From Massalongia carnosa (lineage: Eukaryota), in the NCBI GenBank assembly GCA_965645245.1, contig OZ287083.1:186001-250000 (forward strand): a DNA stretch of 64,000 bases, in the 5' to 3' direction. The notes under the pieces are model-generated. The model made no database searches, was not told the DNA's origin, and worked only from the letters and a program-made list of their open reading frames with translations. Both the position numbers and the translations under genes were made by a program. This document shows positions 1 through 12,525 of the stretch, piece by piece; the first letter of the stretch is position 1, and every line of letters begins with the position of its first letter.

Positions 1-2439
1 ATGTCGCGGGCTTGATCCTAGCCACAACCTCGTTGATCTCATCGGTGTGTATGCGCAAACCCGCAAAAGCATCGGGTCGTGATAGGCGTACGTGAGCCTT
101 GGCGCTCAAATACAACGGGTGACATCTAACAAAACCCTGTCAATAACTTCTATTTGGTACGAGGAAGCCTTCTCACCTTTTTGAGTAACTCCCTTTCAAC
201 GTCAATAAGTAGTGATAATTGTCTTCAGAAATAAGCGTATCTCGGGCGACAGGGTCGAATGTATTGACAATATACTCCCACATTGCTTGCCCAGAGGCAT
301 CTAATAAATGTCTTTCCAAAGGGTTCAGGCCAGGGTCATCGAGGTGGTCTGCAAGAATCATTTGCCGCTGAGCAGGCGGCACTCCAGCAGCTTTCCAAAC
401 CCACCATTCTGTGCCAATGACTGCCCAATGCAAAACTCGGCTTAAGAGAATTCGACGTATCCTGGGCCAGGTCTCTCGTTGTTCATTTAGCGTTTTAGAC
501 TCAGATATGGCTCTAAGCTCCGGACTGATCCCTGATAACCAGGAGAGCCAACGAACTAGTCTTATCGCGTGTCCTGAGCCACCAGATTCGTAGAATCCTC
601 GGGAGGAGGCAAATCTATCCGTACGCTTGAGCCAGAATTGGAAGGCTTGCGAGCTCATGTACGGACTAAGCCTAGTGATAAGTATATGTCGAAGATTCGC
701 ATACTTCCCTTCTCCAAACATCTTCCAAACGTCCTTGTATGGAAGGCACTGAAACGCTGCAATTTTGAGCTCAAGGAGATGGTTTTGATTTGGGTTCAGG
801 TCAACAGCGTGGATCCGTCTCGGATTCGCGGATACGAGGTAATCGAGCAGATTATCCCCGGCACTTGTCAGACACAGCACGACATCCTCATTCTTGATTT
901 TCAACAGCCGCTGATCCGCTCGCGGATCTTCCCAAGTAAAGGCATAGAGATAGTCGTCATGGAACTGTGTATGTTTTCTGAGCTGATCATTGTAGTATAT
1001 GCGCCTTTGGTGGTTTTGGTAGAAAGTACTTGGAAGGGGAAGATTTGAATTCAAGTTGACAATTGCGGATTGATATGCCTTTGATCTGACTTCAATAGTT
1101 ACGGACATCTCCGTGGCCATGGACAATTCAGCACGATGTTGCTTTGGCGAAAGGTAGGAGGACTCGGTGCAGGAAGCATCCACCCGTTCCAGCAAATCGG
1201 ATGTTGAGAAAGGCAGCTCACGGCAGGAGCCCAGAAAGATATAGTAAGGAATTCCTCCCAACAGATAGTTTCTCTCATCGAGGGACTTCTTGGTTCCGAA
1301 CCGATATTCCAGATAGTCCTGTTCATGAAATCTAGTGCAGTCCGCAACGCAAGGACATGGATATGAACACTTACCCTTCGTGCCCCCTCCAGACCCACAC
1401 GATCGCAATCAAACCATGATCGCCATATGACTCGAGAAAGCCAGTTGACATGGCGATTGAAAGAGCCTCCTATATAGTTCCGTCCAGCCGTCTCGACGAT
1501 GCTCTGAACATAAAAGTCAACGACTCCGATGAGCCCAGAGGGAGCGAGCAACTCGGTCAGTGAGTCAACCACGCTGTAATAGTCTGGTATCATGCTCAGA
1601 CTGTATGACATCGTAATCAGGTCGGCTTGGTATGCAATTCCGATACCACTCCGCGAATACCGAGCGATACCAGCAACGGTGGCTTTTGGACCATTGAGAC
1701 TCTTCACGTGCTCTTCCAGCCGAAAACTACGAGCGTCTTGACACACTACCTGAACATCCCATCCAAGACGCTCGAATCGTTTTCTCGCTACTTCGCAGAG
1801 CGAAGGGGACAAATCTACTAGATAGATGCTGGAAAAAAATGTCGCCACGTTCAGGTAGGCTCCCATTGCCTCTATGTTGTAGCCTGTTCCACCACCTATC
1901 TATTTTAGTCGCTTAGTATACTTGATATCCTTTCCAACCCAGACAAGGCTTGGTAGGTTCTAGAATCTTACATCTACCCAGATTGGTTTTGATTGCGTAC
2001 CGGCACCATCTGCAGCTTGTAACTTCAGCTGTGCCGCCACCAGCCCTAACATATCTTCACGGCCACAAAGAAGCCTCTTCCGGGTTGCGTCGTATACATT
2101 AGCCTACTTCACCGTGAGACTTTCATCAAGGGTTATGCAGAAATTTTCCAAATTTTGTACCTGAACTTTATAGAAGCTCTCCAAAGCAGCTTGCTGACCA
2201 AGAGCGCCATGAGAGTCTCCTTCGGGATACGGTTTTAGAAAACTAGAGTAGAAGAATCTACCAAAGGCAACGACCAGTTCATTAATGCTTCCAACAGTTT
2301 TCGACTTGACCAAAGCAATCGCGAACATGGAGCATATGATGGAGAGGCCACATATGGCAGCAACAACAACGAAAGCATGGTGGGATCCGAATGCTGAACC
2401 ATTACTCAACAATGTAGTAAGGAGACCTAAGAAAGGCAT
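1..2439 (-). CDS. BTA1: Betaine lipid (DGTS) synthase: N-terminal TM segment, SAM methyltransferase (BtaB-like) and DUF3419/BtaA-like domains; 3' end outside the window
   Basis: Introns 2104-2160, 1900-1971, 1319-1374 and 126-176 (all GT-AG) join QQAALESFYKVQ|ANVYDATRKRLLCGREDML, WVD|IGGGTGYNIE (SAM motif), YLYAFTWEDP, LTSAGDN and AVDLNPNQNHLLELK. Confidence 0.93.
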
Positions 2440-3094
2440 CTTCAGGCTCTGCGCCGCAAGCTGGAGTGATGGTCTGGAAATACGAAAGCATGAGAAGGGG
2501 GCTTAATGGATTTCGTTGCAACATGAGCTCCTCTTTCTTGTTCTACTCATGAACCCGGCGGTAAAGCATTCTAGCGGATGAAACCCCATAGAAAAGTGTA
2601 AACAGATCTTTTCACCACACCGCAATTAATACACGCCAATCGTAACCCCACATGGCTATGATGAGATAGACAAGCCGCATGAACCATAGTCATAACGGTC
2701 AAGCGTCGCGTTAGTGTACAGCGTAGAAGAAGATAAGTCGGTCGCGAAGGTTCGACGGATGTATTGCGCAACAATTGATGCAGCTGCCGCGAGAAGATCA
2801 AAGATATAACCATCAATTTGAGGACCTGTAGCGTGATGCTGTCCCCCCATGTGGGAAAGAAGTTGCAGCGTAAGTATTCAGCACTCCGATTTCAGGACGA
2901 TGGCACAGCCAATCGTGTTGCGGCATGAAGGCACGGTGTCATCTTTGCCGGCTACTTGCGAGATTCAATGAAGATATTATCGTCCGACGTCTTGACGGTC
3001 GTGTTCATCAGGCGTCGACGATCGAGAAGTGATTTGGGGTTCTCCCGGGGGGGATGATGTCTGGTTGATTGTAATGTAAGAGTACCTACAGACA

Positions 3095-3114
3095 AGGGAA
3101 CGTGCGATCACGTG
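3095..3114. promoter_or_regulatory. Paired Pho4/NUC-1/PalcA-type sites (GCACGTT on the - strand plus CACGTG) in the divergent BTA1 / ankyrin-gene promoter
   Basis: AGGGAACGTGC at 3095-3105 and CACGTG at 3109-3114. The same pair occurs upstream of phoD. Confidence 0.55.
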
Positions 3115-3415
3115 AAAAAGGTGGTTTGAGGATGTTGAGGGGTTCTCTTATGGACATAGCTATTCGGAGGCAGCGTCACCTGTTTTCAAGAGTTTGACGG
3201 CATCACAATGATATTGCTATGAAGGTGCTTACAGACATAGAGAGAGAGTGCTCGGTACAGAGTAAAGGACGAACCAACGCTCTTAATCGTATAAAGTCTG
3301 GGATTGTACCCTGAATGGGTTCCTGACTCACGATCTCTAGAGGCAGCCTAGAGTACCTCGGTACATCATGGTGATAAGGTCTAGGTAACCAACTGCCTCT
3401 AAGTCGGTTGGTCTT

Positions 3416-3465
3416 GGATGCCTAGGATGCCTAAGATGCCTAGGATGGCTACCTAGGATGCCTGG
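3416..3465. repeat. Short tandem repeat, about 5 imperfect copies of GGATGCCTA
   Basis: ggatgccta ggatgccta agatgccta ggatggctaccta ggatgcctg, read directly. Confidence 0.75.
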
Positions 3466-3705
3466 AGTTCCCCTCCAGATCGACTTGTCGAAATCACGGG
3501 TTTGCGTGTTCGGTTCGCGCTGGTGGCCGCCTGGATCATAAACAATCCAGTCTATAAAGCGTGTCGTGTCCTGACGCTGATTCCAAGAACCACAGATCGA
3601 CTCCCGTACTCCATTCAATCACCAACATCAACTTAGGTAGCTGATTTCCAGAATTCTACAGTTCGGATCAGCTTCGCCTTATGTATCCCAGAACTTGATC
3701 CAAGT

Positions 3706-6700
3706 ATGGCTTCCACTTCCCATCCACCGGCTTGGGAACTTCCCTCAACCCCATTTCCTCATAAAACCTTCATTCAGCATGTCACCAAGCATGAAGGCTC
3801 CATCGAAGACTTGCTGGCGCCGTTTAGCAGATTCGAAAGTAGACTCCGTGAGGGGTTTGCGGTTCACCCTCAGCACCCTGCCATCCAGGATCCCTGCGTC
3901 AATTTGATTCCCGTTTTTGGAGAGTCCAATGAGCCCCTCCGCATCCGAGCAAGACCGCTTGAGGATGATAGTGTGAACGGCGAGTACATCATGCCCTTGA
4001 AGCCCGAAGATAGGAGGGCCAGCGGAACCCTAGCCATGGTGGGGTCGTTGAAAGCCTTCAAACAGAACTTTAATATATTCTCAGAGTCATCATTGGTGGA
4101 TCTGGATTGGAGCAACGTGGTCGCTGCGGGCAGCAGTGTGGTCACGCCGTTGATTCCAGTTCCGACCAAGTATAATACCTCGAAGAAAGCCCTGAGGTAT
4201 GCATCCGTAGCCTTGAAGAGCGTTCATCTCGCTAGAACGATGCAATAGGGGATACTATCACCAAAAGCTTGCTCCTTCGAGTGACATTGACCTCTTCATA
4301 TGGGGTCTGGATGAAGCAGCGGCGACGGCGAAGATTAAGTACATCGAATCCAGCATCCGTGATGCCATACTCGACGAAGTAACTGTAGGTGAAGCTGCGC
4401 TCCCATGAAGCCTCCCGTGTTAATCCACGGCAAGACGATTCGGACCAAGAATGCGATCACAATCGTTAGTCGATATCCAACACGTCACGTTCAGATTGTC
4501 TTGAGGCTTTATAAATCCATCTCGGAGATCCTCACTGGCTTTGACGTTGATTGCTCGAGCTTTGCGTACGATGGTACCCAGGTGTACGGGACTCCAAGGG
4601 CAATCATGGCCTTTGTAACGCAAACCAACACCATCGACCTCACGCGTCGCTCTCCGAGTTACGAAAGCCGTTTGAGTAAGTATGCCCACCGTGGATTTGA
4701 AATCCATTGGCCAGACTTGGATCGCACAAAAATTGATCCTACAATCTTCGAGAGATCTTTTCCCCGTACCAATGGGTTGGCACGGTTGCTGGTTCTAGAA
4801 AGGCTCCCAAAACCAAATGATCGAGAAGCATATCTCATCCAACGACGAGAAGAAAGAGGAAGACCAAACCTGAATAGTTACCATCGTTTCAGCCATCAGC
4901 TGGTCGGGAATCTCAAAGATAATGACCCGGATGACGTTGCTGAATGGATTTATGAGGACGAGGTAGCAAATTACAATTCATTCACCATCCCATACGGTCC
5001 AAAGTATCATGCCAAGAGGATTGAGAAGTTATTGTATACCAAGGATCTTCTGTTGAATGCAGGTACGTGGTACAGCAGAGTATCTCAAAGTCATTAATGA
5101 CGTCGTTCTATTCTTTCTTTCTCTTCGTCTTCACCAACAGACAGCACGTCCCAACTATGCTCCGTCTTTGGACATACGATTTACGGTACAGAATGACTCG
5201 CCGCTCAGCTTCTCAAATAAGGATTTATTTGCATCTATACATGATTACCCGCTTATATCAATCACCGTTTACTCAATCACCCTGTCATATCATTACCTAT
5301 ACGCAATGCTTCATCAGAACGGCTTTACATCTAGCCTAGTCCTTTCAGAATAATCTAATATTCCTGATAATCCGTCGATCTTTGAAACACACTCTTTTGG
5401 GCCCTTTTGTCTGCCATGTGATTTTTTGGATTTTCCACTTTGGAATCCTTCAAGTTCAAAACTACACAGTCCTTTTTTTGATTAAAACCCGAATTTGATT
5501 CCACATGCTAATACTTTGCTAAATTATGGCTTGTGCTAGAATGGAATGCGAAAAAGGACAGAAAAGTCGCCTTGCATAGACATCCCTGTTTCATCGGAGA
5601 CGCAGAATCAGTTATACATGATTGCTGTGGATTCTGTCCCAAGCCCACGACTGAGGAAGAGCGCAAGATTGCAAAAGAAGAAAGTGGCATTTATGTATCC
5701 GGAGAACTGAGCTTTTTGAAGGATGACCCCGGTCGTCAAGCGATTGGATCTTTCAATCCGCTCACAAGCGACGACTGTACCGATATGGCTTATATTGGGG
5801 GAACAGGTGAACTATGTCGGAAGATTTGTCACGAGGACATAGATTATGTAAAAGATTGGTGTTTGAGAGAAGGTTCCAAAATTAACCGTCGCGATCATAC
5901 GGGGAGAACTCCTCTCCAGCTTGCCACACAATGTTCGACCCCTGAAATTGTGCAGTGTTTAATTGACAATGGTGCTCGTATTGTAGCTAGATTGGTGGAC
6001 GGCATGACTGCTCTACACATAGCGGCGACGCGTGGTAACAGTGAGATGGTACGATCGTTACTCGAGAAGTCCAACGCAAACGAGGCGGTGGAAGCCGAAA
6101 AAGAAGATCGGACGGAGGAGGCCCCAGGCCCAACAAGGCATGATGGCGATACTCAGAGGGACGATGTTTCAGAGACAGGTGGAGAAGGGACACATTCTGC
6201 CTCTGAGGATGAAGATATGGAGGACTTCGAAAGTGATGAGAGCGACGAGTCGACGACTTTGACCCAAGGCTCGCTTGTTAAAGTTAGGGCAACATCCGAC
6301 GGGGTGACCCTGCCAGATGATGAAGGTGAAAACGATCCGGATTTTTACGACGTCAACCTGGTTGCATGGGACACGCCCGTCTCTCCCTTACACCTGGCGG
6401 TATTGGGTGGCCATGTGGATGTCATTGAGCTACTGGTCAGTACATTTGGAGCCGATCCCCTTCTACCAGTTAAGCTGGTGGACTCTTATTCTCGAAATCC
6501 CAAAACTGCCATTCTGACATTGGTTTTGGCTGCAAAAGCAACTGACTCGGACCTCTTAAACGTTACCAAGACATTGCTTTCCTTGGGTGCTTCGTCTGCT
6601 CAGGCGGATATGAATAGAATTTCGGCTCTTCATTACATTATAGCCACCCGATGTATTCCGGCCTTGGAGGCTTGTTTCAGCTTAGATCAGCCAGCAGCCA

Positions 6701-9700
6701 AAGGGGCTTTGAATCATCTAATTGTATCAAATCTCAGCTACAACACCAAGACTCTCACTCCTCTAACCACCGCTATATCGACAGGAGATGAGTCTCTTGT
6801 GAACATGCTTTTAGTTCTTGGAGCAAAGCCTACTATCGAACTCGAAGACTTTGTATTATCCTATACAGCCGCGTTCGAACAACATGGGACCAAACTATGG
6901 GGAAACACCAATGACATAACTCGGAAGTACAAAGAGACCAGTGCCCAGCCTATTGTACTAGCTGTTGAGCATAATCTACCCAACGTTGTTTATAAGTTGT
7001 TGGAGCAAGGTGCGGACGTGAACACGATAACCCAATATAGCCACATAGTCGTTGCCTGTCATGAGAAAAATGAGCGCGACTACCGCAACTATGAAGGCAA
7101 CTCCCTGCTTGATCTCATCAACAAGAAGATTGAGGTTTTGCAAAAGAAGGCAGAAGATAGCCCTGGTTTACCAGAACCGGTAGACTTGGGTGATGATAAG
7201 AAATATCTTGGTGGTCTCGTCGAAGGGTCCTATGAGCATTGGCAAATTTCCAAGGAGCTTCAGGCTGCGAAAAACCACGCCCAAGAATGGCACCAAAAAA
7301 GAAGAGAGGCTATCCGCAAGCATGAAACCCGCAAAGGGCGGAAGGAGGAGTGCGAAGCTTGGAGCCTGCTAATAGGGAATTTTCAGACCTTGCGCCAGCA
7401 TGTAATAGAGGCTGGGGCTTTGAAATTCACCCAGATTTACCCGGATATTCCAATGCTGGAGGACACTAAGTCATTAAAGCGTATCGATGAGTCATTTGAG
7501 CCCAGAGGAGGCGTTCAACATAACCGATAAATCCCGTGAAAGCTACCTTCAGCTGTAAGTTTCTAACATTCTCTTCTTTCCCCCTATTAAGTCTATTCTT
7601 CGTCTCCTTATCACTAGCTATTACTAAGGAACTTGATGATAGATTCGAAGCAGCCTGGAATGGTGATGGAGATAAGATCAAAGAGTTGACCTTGGCTCCG
7701 TGGGGTCCTGAAGGGAAAAATTGTCCGTTACAGATCGCCGTGCCTGATACTAAGGGGTTCTCCCCTTTCACTCTTGCCGTCATTCGACAACATCTAGATG
7801 TGGCTGATTTAATTTTGACCATTGCTGATGCACAACATGTACGAACCGACGAAGAATCGCAGCGCCGCCAATACAGCATGGAGGGGTTCGAAGAAGACAG
7901 CGTTTCCAGTGAGGGGGAGCCGGTTAGCGAGGTGGACGACCTCAACATATCCTATCGACTGGTCAGTGAGATTTTTACGATTAATGATATTACAGCACTG
8001 CCTAAATCTGTTGCCAGTAAAGTTTCAGGTATGTCCCACTTCATGTGCAGATTCTGGAAATCAAACTAACTTTGAAATAGTCACCAGTCTGCTCTCCTGG
8101 CACGCAGAGACTTGGATGGCTCTTGATGAACCAGAGAAAGTTGCGGCAAACATGCTTGGCTATACTGTTACTGGTCCTTCGCCCCCCGCAAGCTCGAATC
8201 AAGACTCCAAGGTGGGTGTCTCAGCTCTAAAATTTGCAAGGTCTGATTGGTTGGTAGAGTCTCTTCACGCAATCACTGGGATTCAGGCACCAAAGAAACT
8301 CCCTCGTTCACTTTGCTCTAAAGCAGAAAAGCCTTGACCTGCTTCGGTTCTTGCTGCAATGCAGCAAGAAGGCCTCGAAACTCGCCCAAAAAGACGAGTC
8401 AAAAAGTCTGGCAGGATTCGACCGGTACCACTTTCAAATTGGCCTTAAACAAGGAAACATCCAAGCAATCACCAAGATGGTAAAGGGGGCCGGAGTTCAA
8501 CTGCCCATCAAGGCTTTCGTCAAGCATGCGGGCGTGAAAGAGGCCGAAAGGCCAAAGTACTACCCCGGCCTAAGTATTGGAGGAAAGAAAATGACCAAGT
8601 GGGCTCAAGAAAGGGACCATAGATACACTACTGATTTTGAGAACGAGAAGACTCCACCTCTTCTGCTAGCCGCGCACAGTGGCTGTCTGGCTACTACCGA
8701 GTGGTTTCTTAGCGATACACCTTCTCGTTTGTACAAGGAGTTTGGAGCTGACAGTAGCGAAGATCCACGGCTGAAGATTCTTGCCAAAGCTCCACAAAAA
8801 TATAGCCAAGCAGTTGATTCTTGGCTTCACCGGCGAAGTATGTCTTAATGCTCTCAAGAGGTGAATGTATAAACTGATCAGCTGGCAGGTAATTTGGCTT
8901 TGCATGCGGCTGTGCTCTCGAAGGCCAAGGATGATCAATCTCTCGAGGTTGTCAGGTACCTTATCGAAGCTATGCCCGAATCCATGGAGACCAAGTCGCA
9001 GACTGGGTACACCCCACTCAGTCTTGCTTTTCATCGAGGCAAAGTCGACGTCGCAAAAGTTTTGATCGCCGCGGGCGCAGATCAAACGATTCGTGACGAT
9101 CAAGGTCGAAACATTGTCCATCTCATCCTCTGCGATGCACTTGATCGGCAGGTCGCCACCGACTCGGCCAAGGTCCGATCTTTGCTGGATCTCATCGACA
9201 AGCGAGTATTGAAGAGCCTGTTCCTAGAACGCTGCCACGACAACCCCGGAAGCACGACCCCGCTGGCCCGCTGGCTGTGGCACAACAGCTCCGATATCTG
9301 GCGAGAAGCATGGCACACTCACAAAAATGTGAACCGTCGATCGCCCGAGGTCTTCCAAGTCATACTTGAATACGGCGGCGGCCACGACCTGTATATGATG
9401 GACGGTAGCGGGCAATTCCCCCTCCATCAGGCCGTCAAAACAGGAACCCACCAAGTTATCGCCCTGATGCTCCAACACGACCCGAACCTACTATGGCGCG
9501 AAAACGCCACGGGCCAAACGCCCCTAGAACTGGCGGAGTCGCTGTATATTCGCCACCATACAGGCGGCAACCCAGACCTGAACCCCAAACACGACGTCGA
9601 CCGCGCTCCGACGGAATTAATCGCCGGCCGAGCACGCGTGTCTTGGGGCCCGGAGCCGGGCAAGGAGGGGGTGATGGAGACGTGGAGGGTCTGCAAGGAG

Positions 9701-9883
9701 AGCGCGGCCTCGCATCCGGGCCCACGCAAGCTCATTACCGTCACCGAGGCGCGGGAAGTGACGAAGCGCTTGGCAGACCGCAACCAAAGCGACGAGGCGG
9801 AAAAATCCAACGAGGATGAGGAAGATTCCTCGGAGATAGGGGAGTTTCAAGACGAGGTGGCCGACTGGTTAGAGTCTTATTGA
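3706..9883 (+). CDS. Large (~1,790 aa) ankyrin-repeat protein with an N-terminal nucleotidyltransferase-like domain; one apparent +1 frameshift near 7500
   Basis: Exons 3706-4196, 4249-4384, 4435-5062, 5540-7554, 7643-8028, 8081-8211, 8258-8837, 8889-9883 with GT-AG introns. Ankyrin motifs: GRTPLQLA, GMTALHIAA, SPLHLAVLGGH, GYTPLSLAF, GQFPLHQAV, GQTPLELA. The exons sum to 5362 nt (3n+1). Confidence 0.85.
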
Positions 9884-10899
9884 CCGATGCAGAATTTCCC
9901 CCCCTCCTCCAGCACGGTTTAGCAACGTGAACGAAATGGAATGATGTAAGCGTTTCGGGGCTGGATGGTTCCGGGGCCTCCTAAGTCGGATGAATGGATG
10001 AATGAATGGATAATATTTCGGGGTTGAATATAATAGCAGCAGTAGCGGATAGTAGCGGGTAGTGAAATAGAGAAGGAGAGATAGGTATTCGCATGAACAT
10101 TCATAAACCCATACAGCGGCACCCTGTGAACATGTAGCTTAAAAACGACAGTTTACACAAAGTACATATCTCTTCCTTACACACTCACTCACTATGCAAT
10201 TGACATGCCCCCCTCCCCGCCTCCTTCTCTCTCTACCTCCAGATCCAGTATTTTGCATTTTTTTATGCATGCATGTATGTATGAACCCGATTGCTGAAGG
10301 GTTATGGACAGGGGGGGGGGAAGAAGAACGGACGAAGAAAAGAGAAAGGGGGAAGGAACACCTAGATACTTAGGGTGCATGAATAGATAATTCATGAATT
10401 ATTTATATACTAACCAGATATTCCCTTCCTCTTTCCCTTTTCCAACTTCTCCATTTTCCCCCTTCCCCCTTACTCCTTTCTCCTTTCGCTTTTCCTTCCC
10501 CGTCCTCGTCGTCGTCATCATATATACACATACCTATACATACCTACACAAATACACTTCCGGCAGCAAACCCCCCCCTCCTTCTCTCCACCTGCTCCCC
10601 CTTCGAGATATCACCAAGGACGACAAGACCTCTGGACAGTACAAGACCCCGGGAGAGAACGGAACGAGCCAGAAAGACCATGGATGGCGGATTGTGGATT
10701 GTAGATTGGAGCCTGGCGATCTGGTGCTTGATGAGCTGGATACTTTAGATGGGTAGGTAAGGTGGAGTAGATGGGTAGGTAGTGGGATGGCGGTCCAGTT
10801 CCTGCATGTATGCATGCAGGTATTCTTTCGGGGGGTTGGATTGATTGATTGAGAATCTTTCGCTTAGATTCTTCCTGAAGGTTCTCTTGTCCGTCGTTA

Positions 10900-11868
10900 T
10901 CATTTAGATTCCCCTCTCTCTTTTTTTCTTCTTCTTCTTCTACTACTACTACCGACCACCCGTGGAATCAGCAACGGAGGGACTTCGAGCACTGGCGGCG
11001 GCGCAGGCGCAGGCGCAGGTGCAGGAACCGATTCGAGGAGGACTTCGGGCGCGGGCTCTTGTTGGGAGGATGAGGGATTGTAGAGCGGACAGGATGAGGG
11101 AGGGGGAGTGGGGCGGATCTCGGTCGCGGCGTCGCAGCCTACTGCGAGGCCTAGCCAGTCCTGCTCCCGGGGTTTGGTTGACGCTTGGGCTTGCGGTGAT
11201 CGGCTGGGTAGAAGGGAGAGGAACGAAGCGGGTTGGGTGGGTGCATACGTACCAGGAAGATGTCGCAGCAATTCTCGAACTCGCCTTCGCGGCATGGGTC
11301 GTTTTCTTCCCCTGGATGCCCGTTAGCCGGGAATCTTCGGGTGTTCCCCTCTGGTGGGGGCATCTTGGGATGTGCACAAATAGATAGGTAGGGATGGGGG
11401 AAGACGTACAGACATGGCAGATGGGCCACCGATCGGTTCGTTCGGCACGCTCCTCAAAGGGGAATTTCTGGAAGGGATCTTCGCAGCAGAGATGGTATCG
11501 GGAGTGGTCGACACAGCCCTTGAGAGCTTCGGCGCGGGGGTAGAAGTGGCTCATGATCGTGGCAGAGATCATGAGCTTCGATGTTGATGGGTACATCTGA
11601 TCGGAATGGAGGTCTTTCCCTGCAGACAGGACGAACGGTGTTTTTGTTGTACGACCACAGATATAGAGGAAGAGACGTGCTGTTGACGTTGAGGGTCATT
11701 GGGTAGCTATCTATATACATTCCGGGTACCGTTGAGAGAAGCATCGTCGATTTCATTTGCTTCGGAATCGGCAAGGATGGCTTGCATGCAGGGCACGGCA
11801 TGCACTCTTCCGGCTCACCTTGGGGAAAATCCAAAACAACAAAGGGTCGCGTGCGAAAACAATAATAT
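10900..11868 (-). pseudogene. Hydrophobin-pattern (8-Cys) secreted protein, paralog of the 18652-19709 gene; 5' end apparently inactivated
   Basis: Exons 11868-11730, 11619-11410, 11311-11253 (59 nt) and 11160-10900 give C-x8-CC-x21-C-x8-C-x7-CC-x12-C plus a Pro-rich tail. The signal-like start (ILLFSHATLCCFGFSPR*AGRVHA-VP) begins with ATA and has TGA at 11815-11817. Exon 1 is the least certain part. Confidence 0.6.
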
Positions 11869-12525
11869 CTGTTTGGGATCAATTCAAGACCGGCTAGAGG
11901 TTCCAAAGCGCTTTTAAGACCTATCCAGGCAACTCCACGGACTTGGCGTGACTGAGGCCAAATTATCATGACACAGAAATTAGGAGTGATCGGCGATGAC
12001 AAAAAGCCGTTTCAACCAAAGTCTGCACGCTCCCACGCGAGAAAAAACGGTTGCGGAAAGAGAAATATTTGTATTTGGTCTTCAGACGATGGGATGCTTG
12101 AAATATCATGGGCAAGACCTGACATAGGAAAGTCTATCCACAAGCCCATTTCGAAGTCTGTGCGATTGTTCTCATCAACAGTATCACTAGCAAAATGAGG
12201 TGGGAAATGCAAGCAAAAATTCCTTAAAAACAAGACTGACGAGTTTAACATAAATAATAACTCTTTCCTCTGTGTCGCTTGAAGAAAATGGTTGCGGACC
12301 AGCGAGATCTTCTGACCAATTTTTTCGCACTCATATCTCATCCTCACAGTTGAATCGTACCATTTCCAAAATAAAAATAAAAACAAAACTTTGCCTTCGC
12401 CGCTAGTCTTAGTTCGAAGTCACTGTCTTCTCTCTCGCTTTCCTAGAAAATTATGCCCATCACCCACAACTGCCCATTCGCCGATGAACATAACTCCCAC
12501 GCCCACCTTGAGCCTATCCCACGCG

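Noticed and set aside
11454..12386. Long - strand ORFs of 182 aa and 124 aa
   Set aside because: No recognisable motifs. The spliced 8-Cys model in other frames explains part of the region better.
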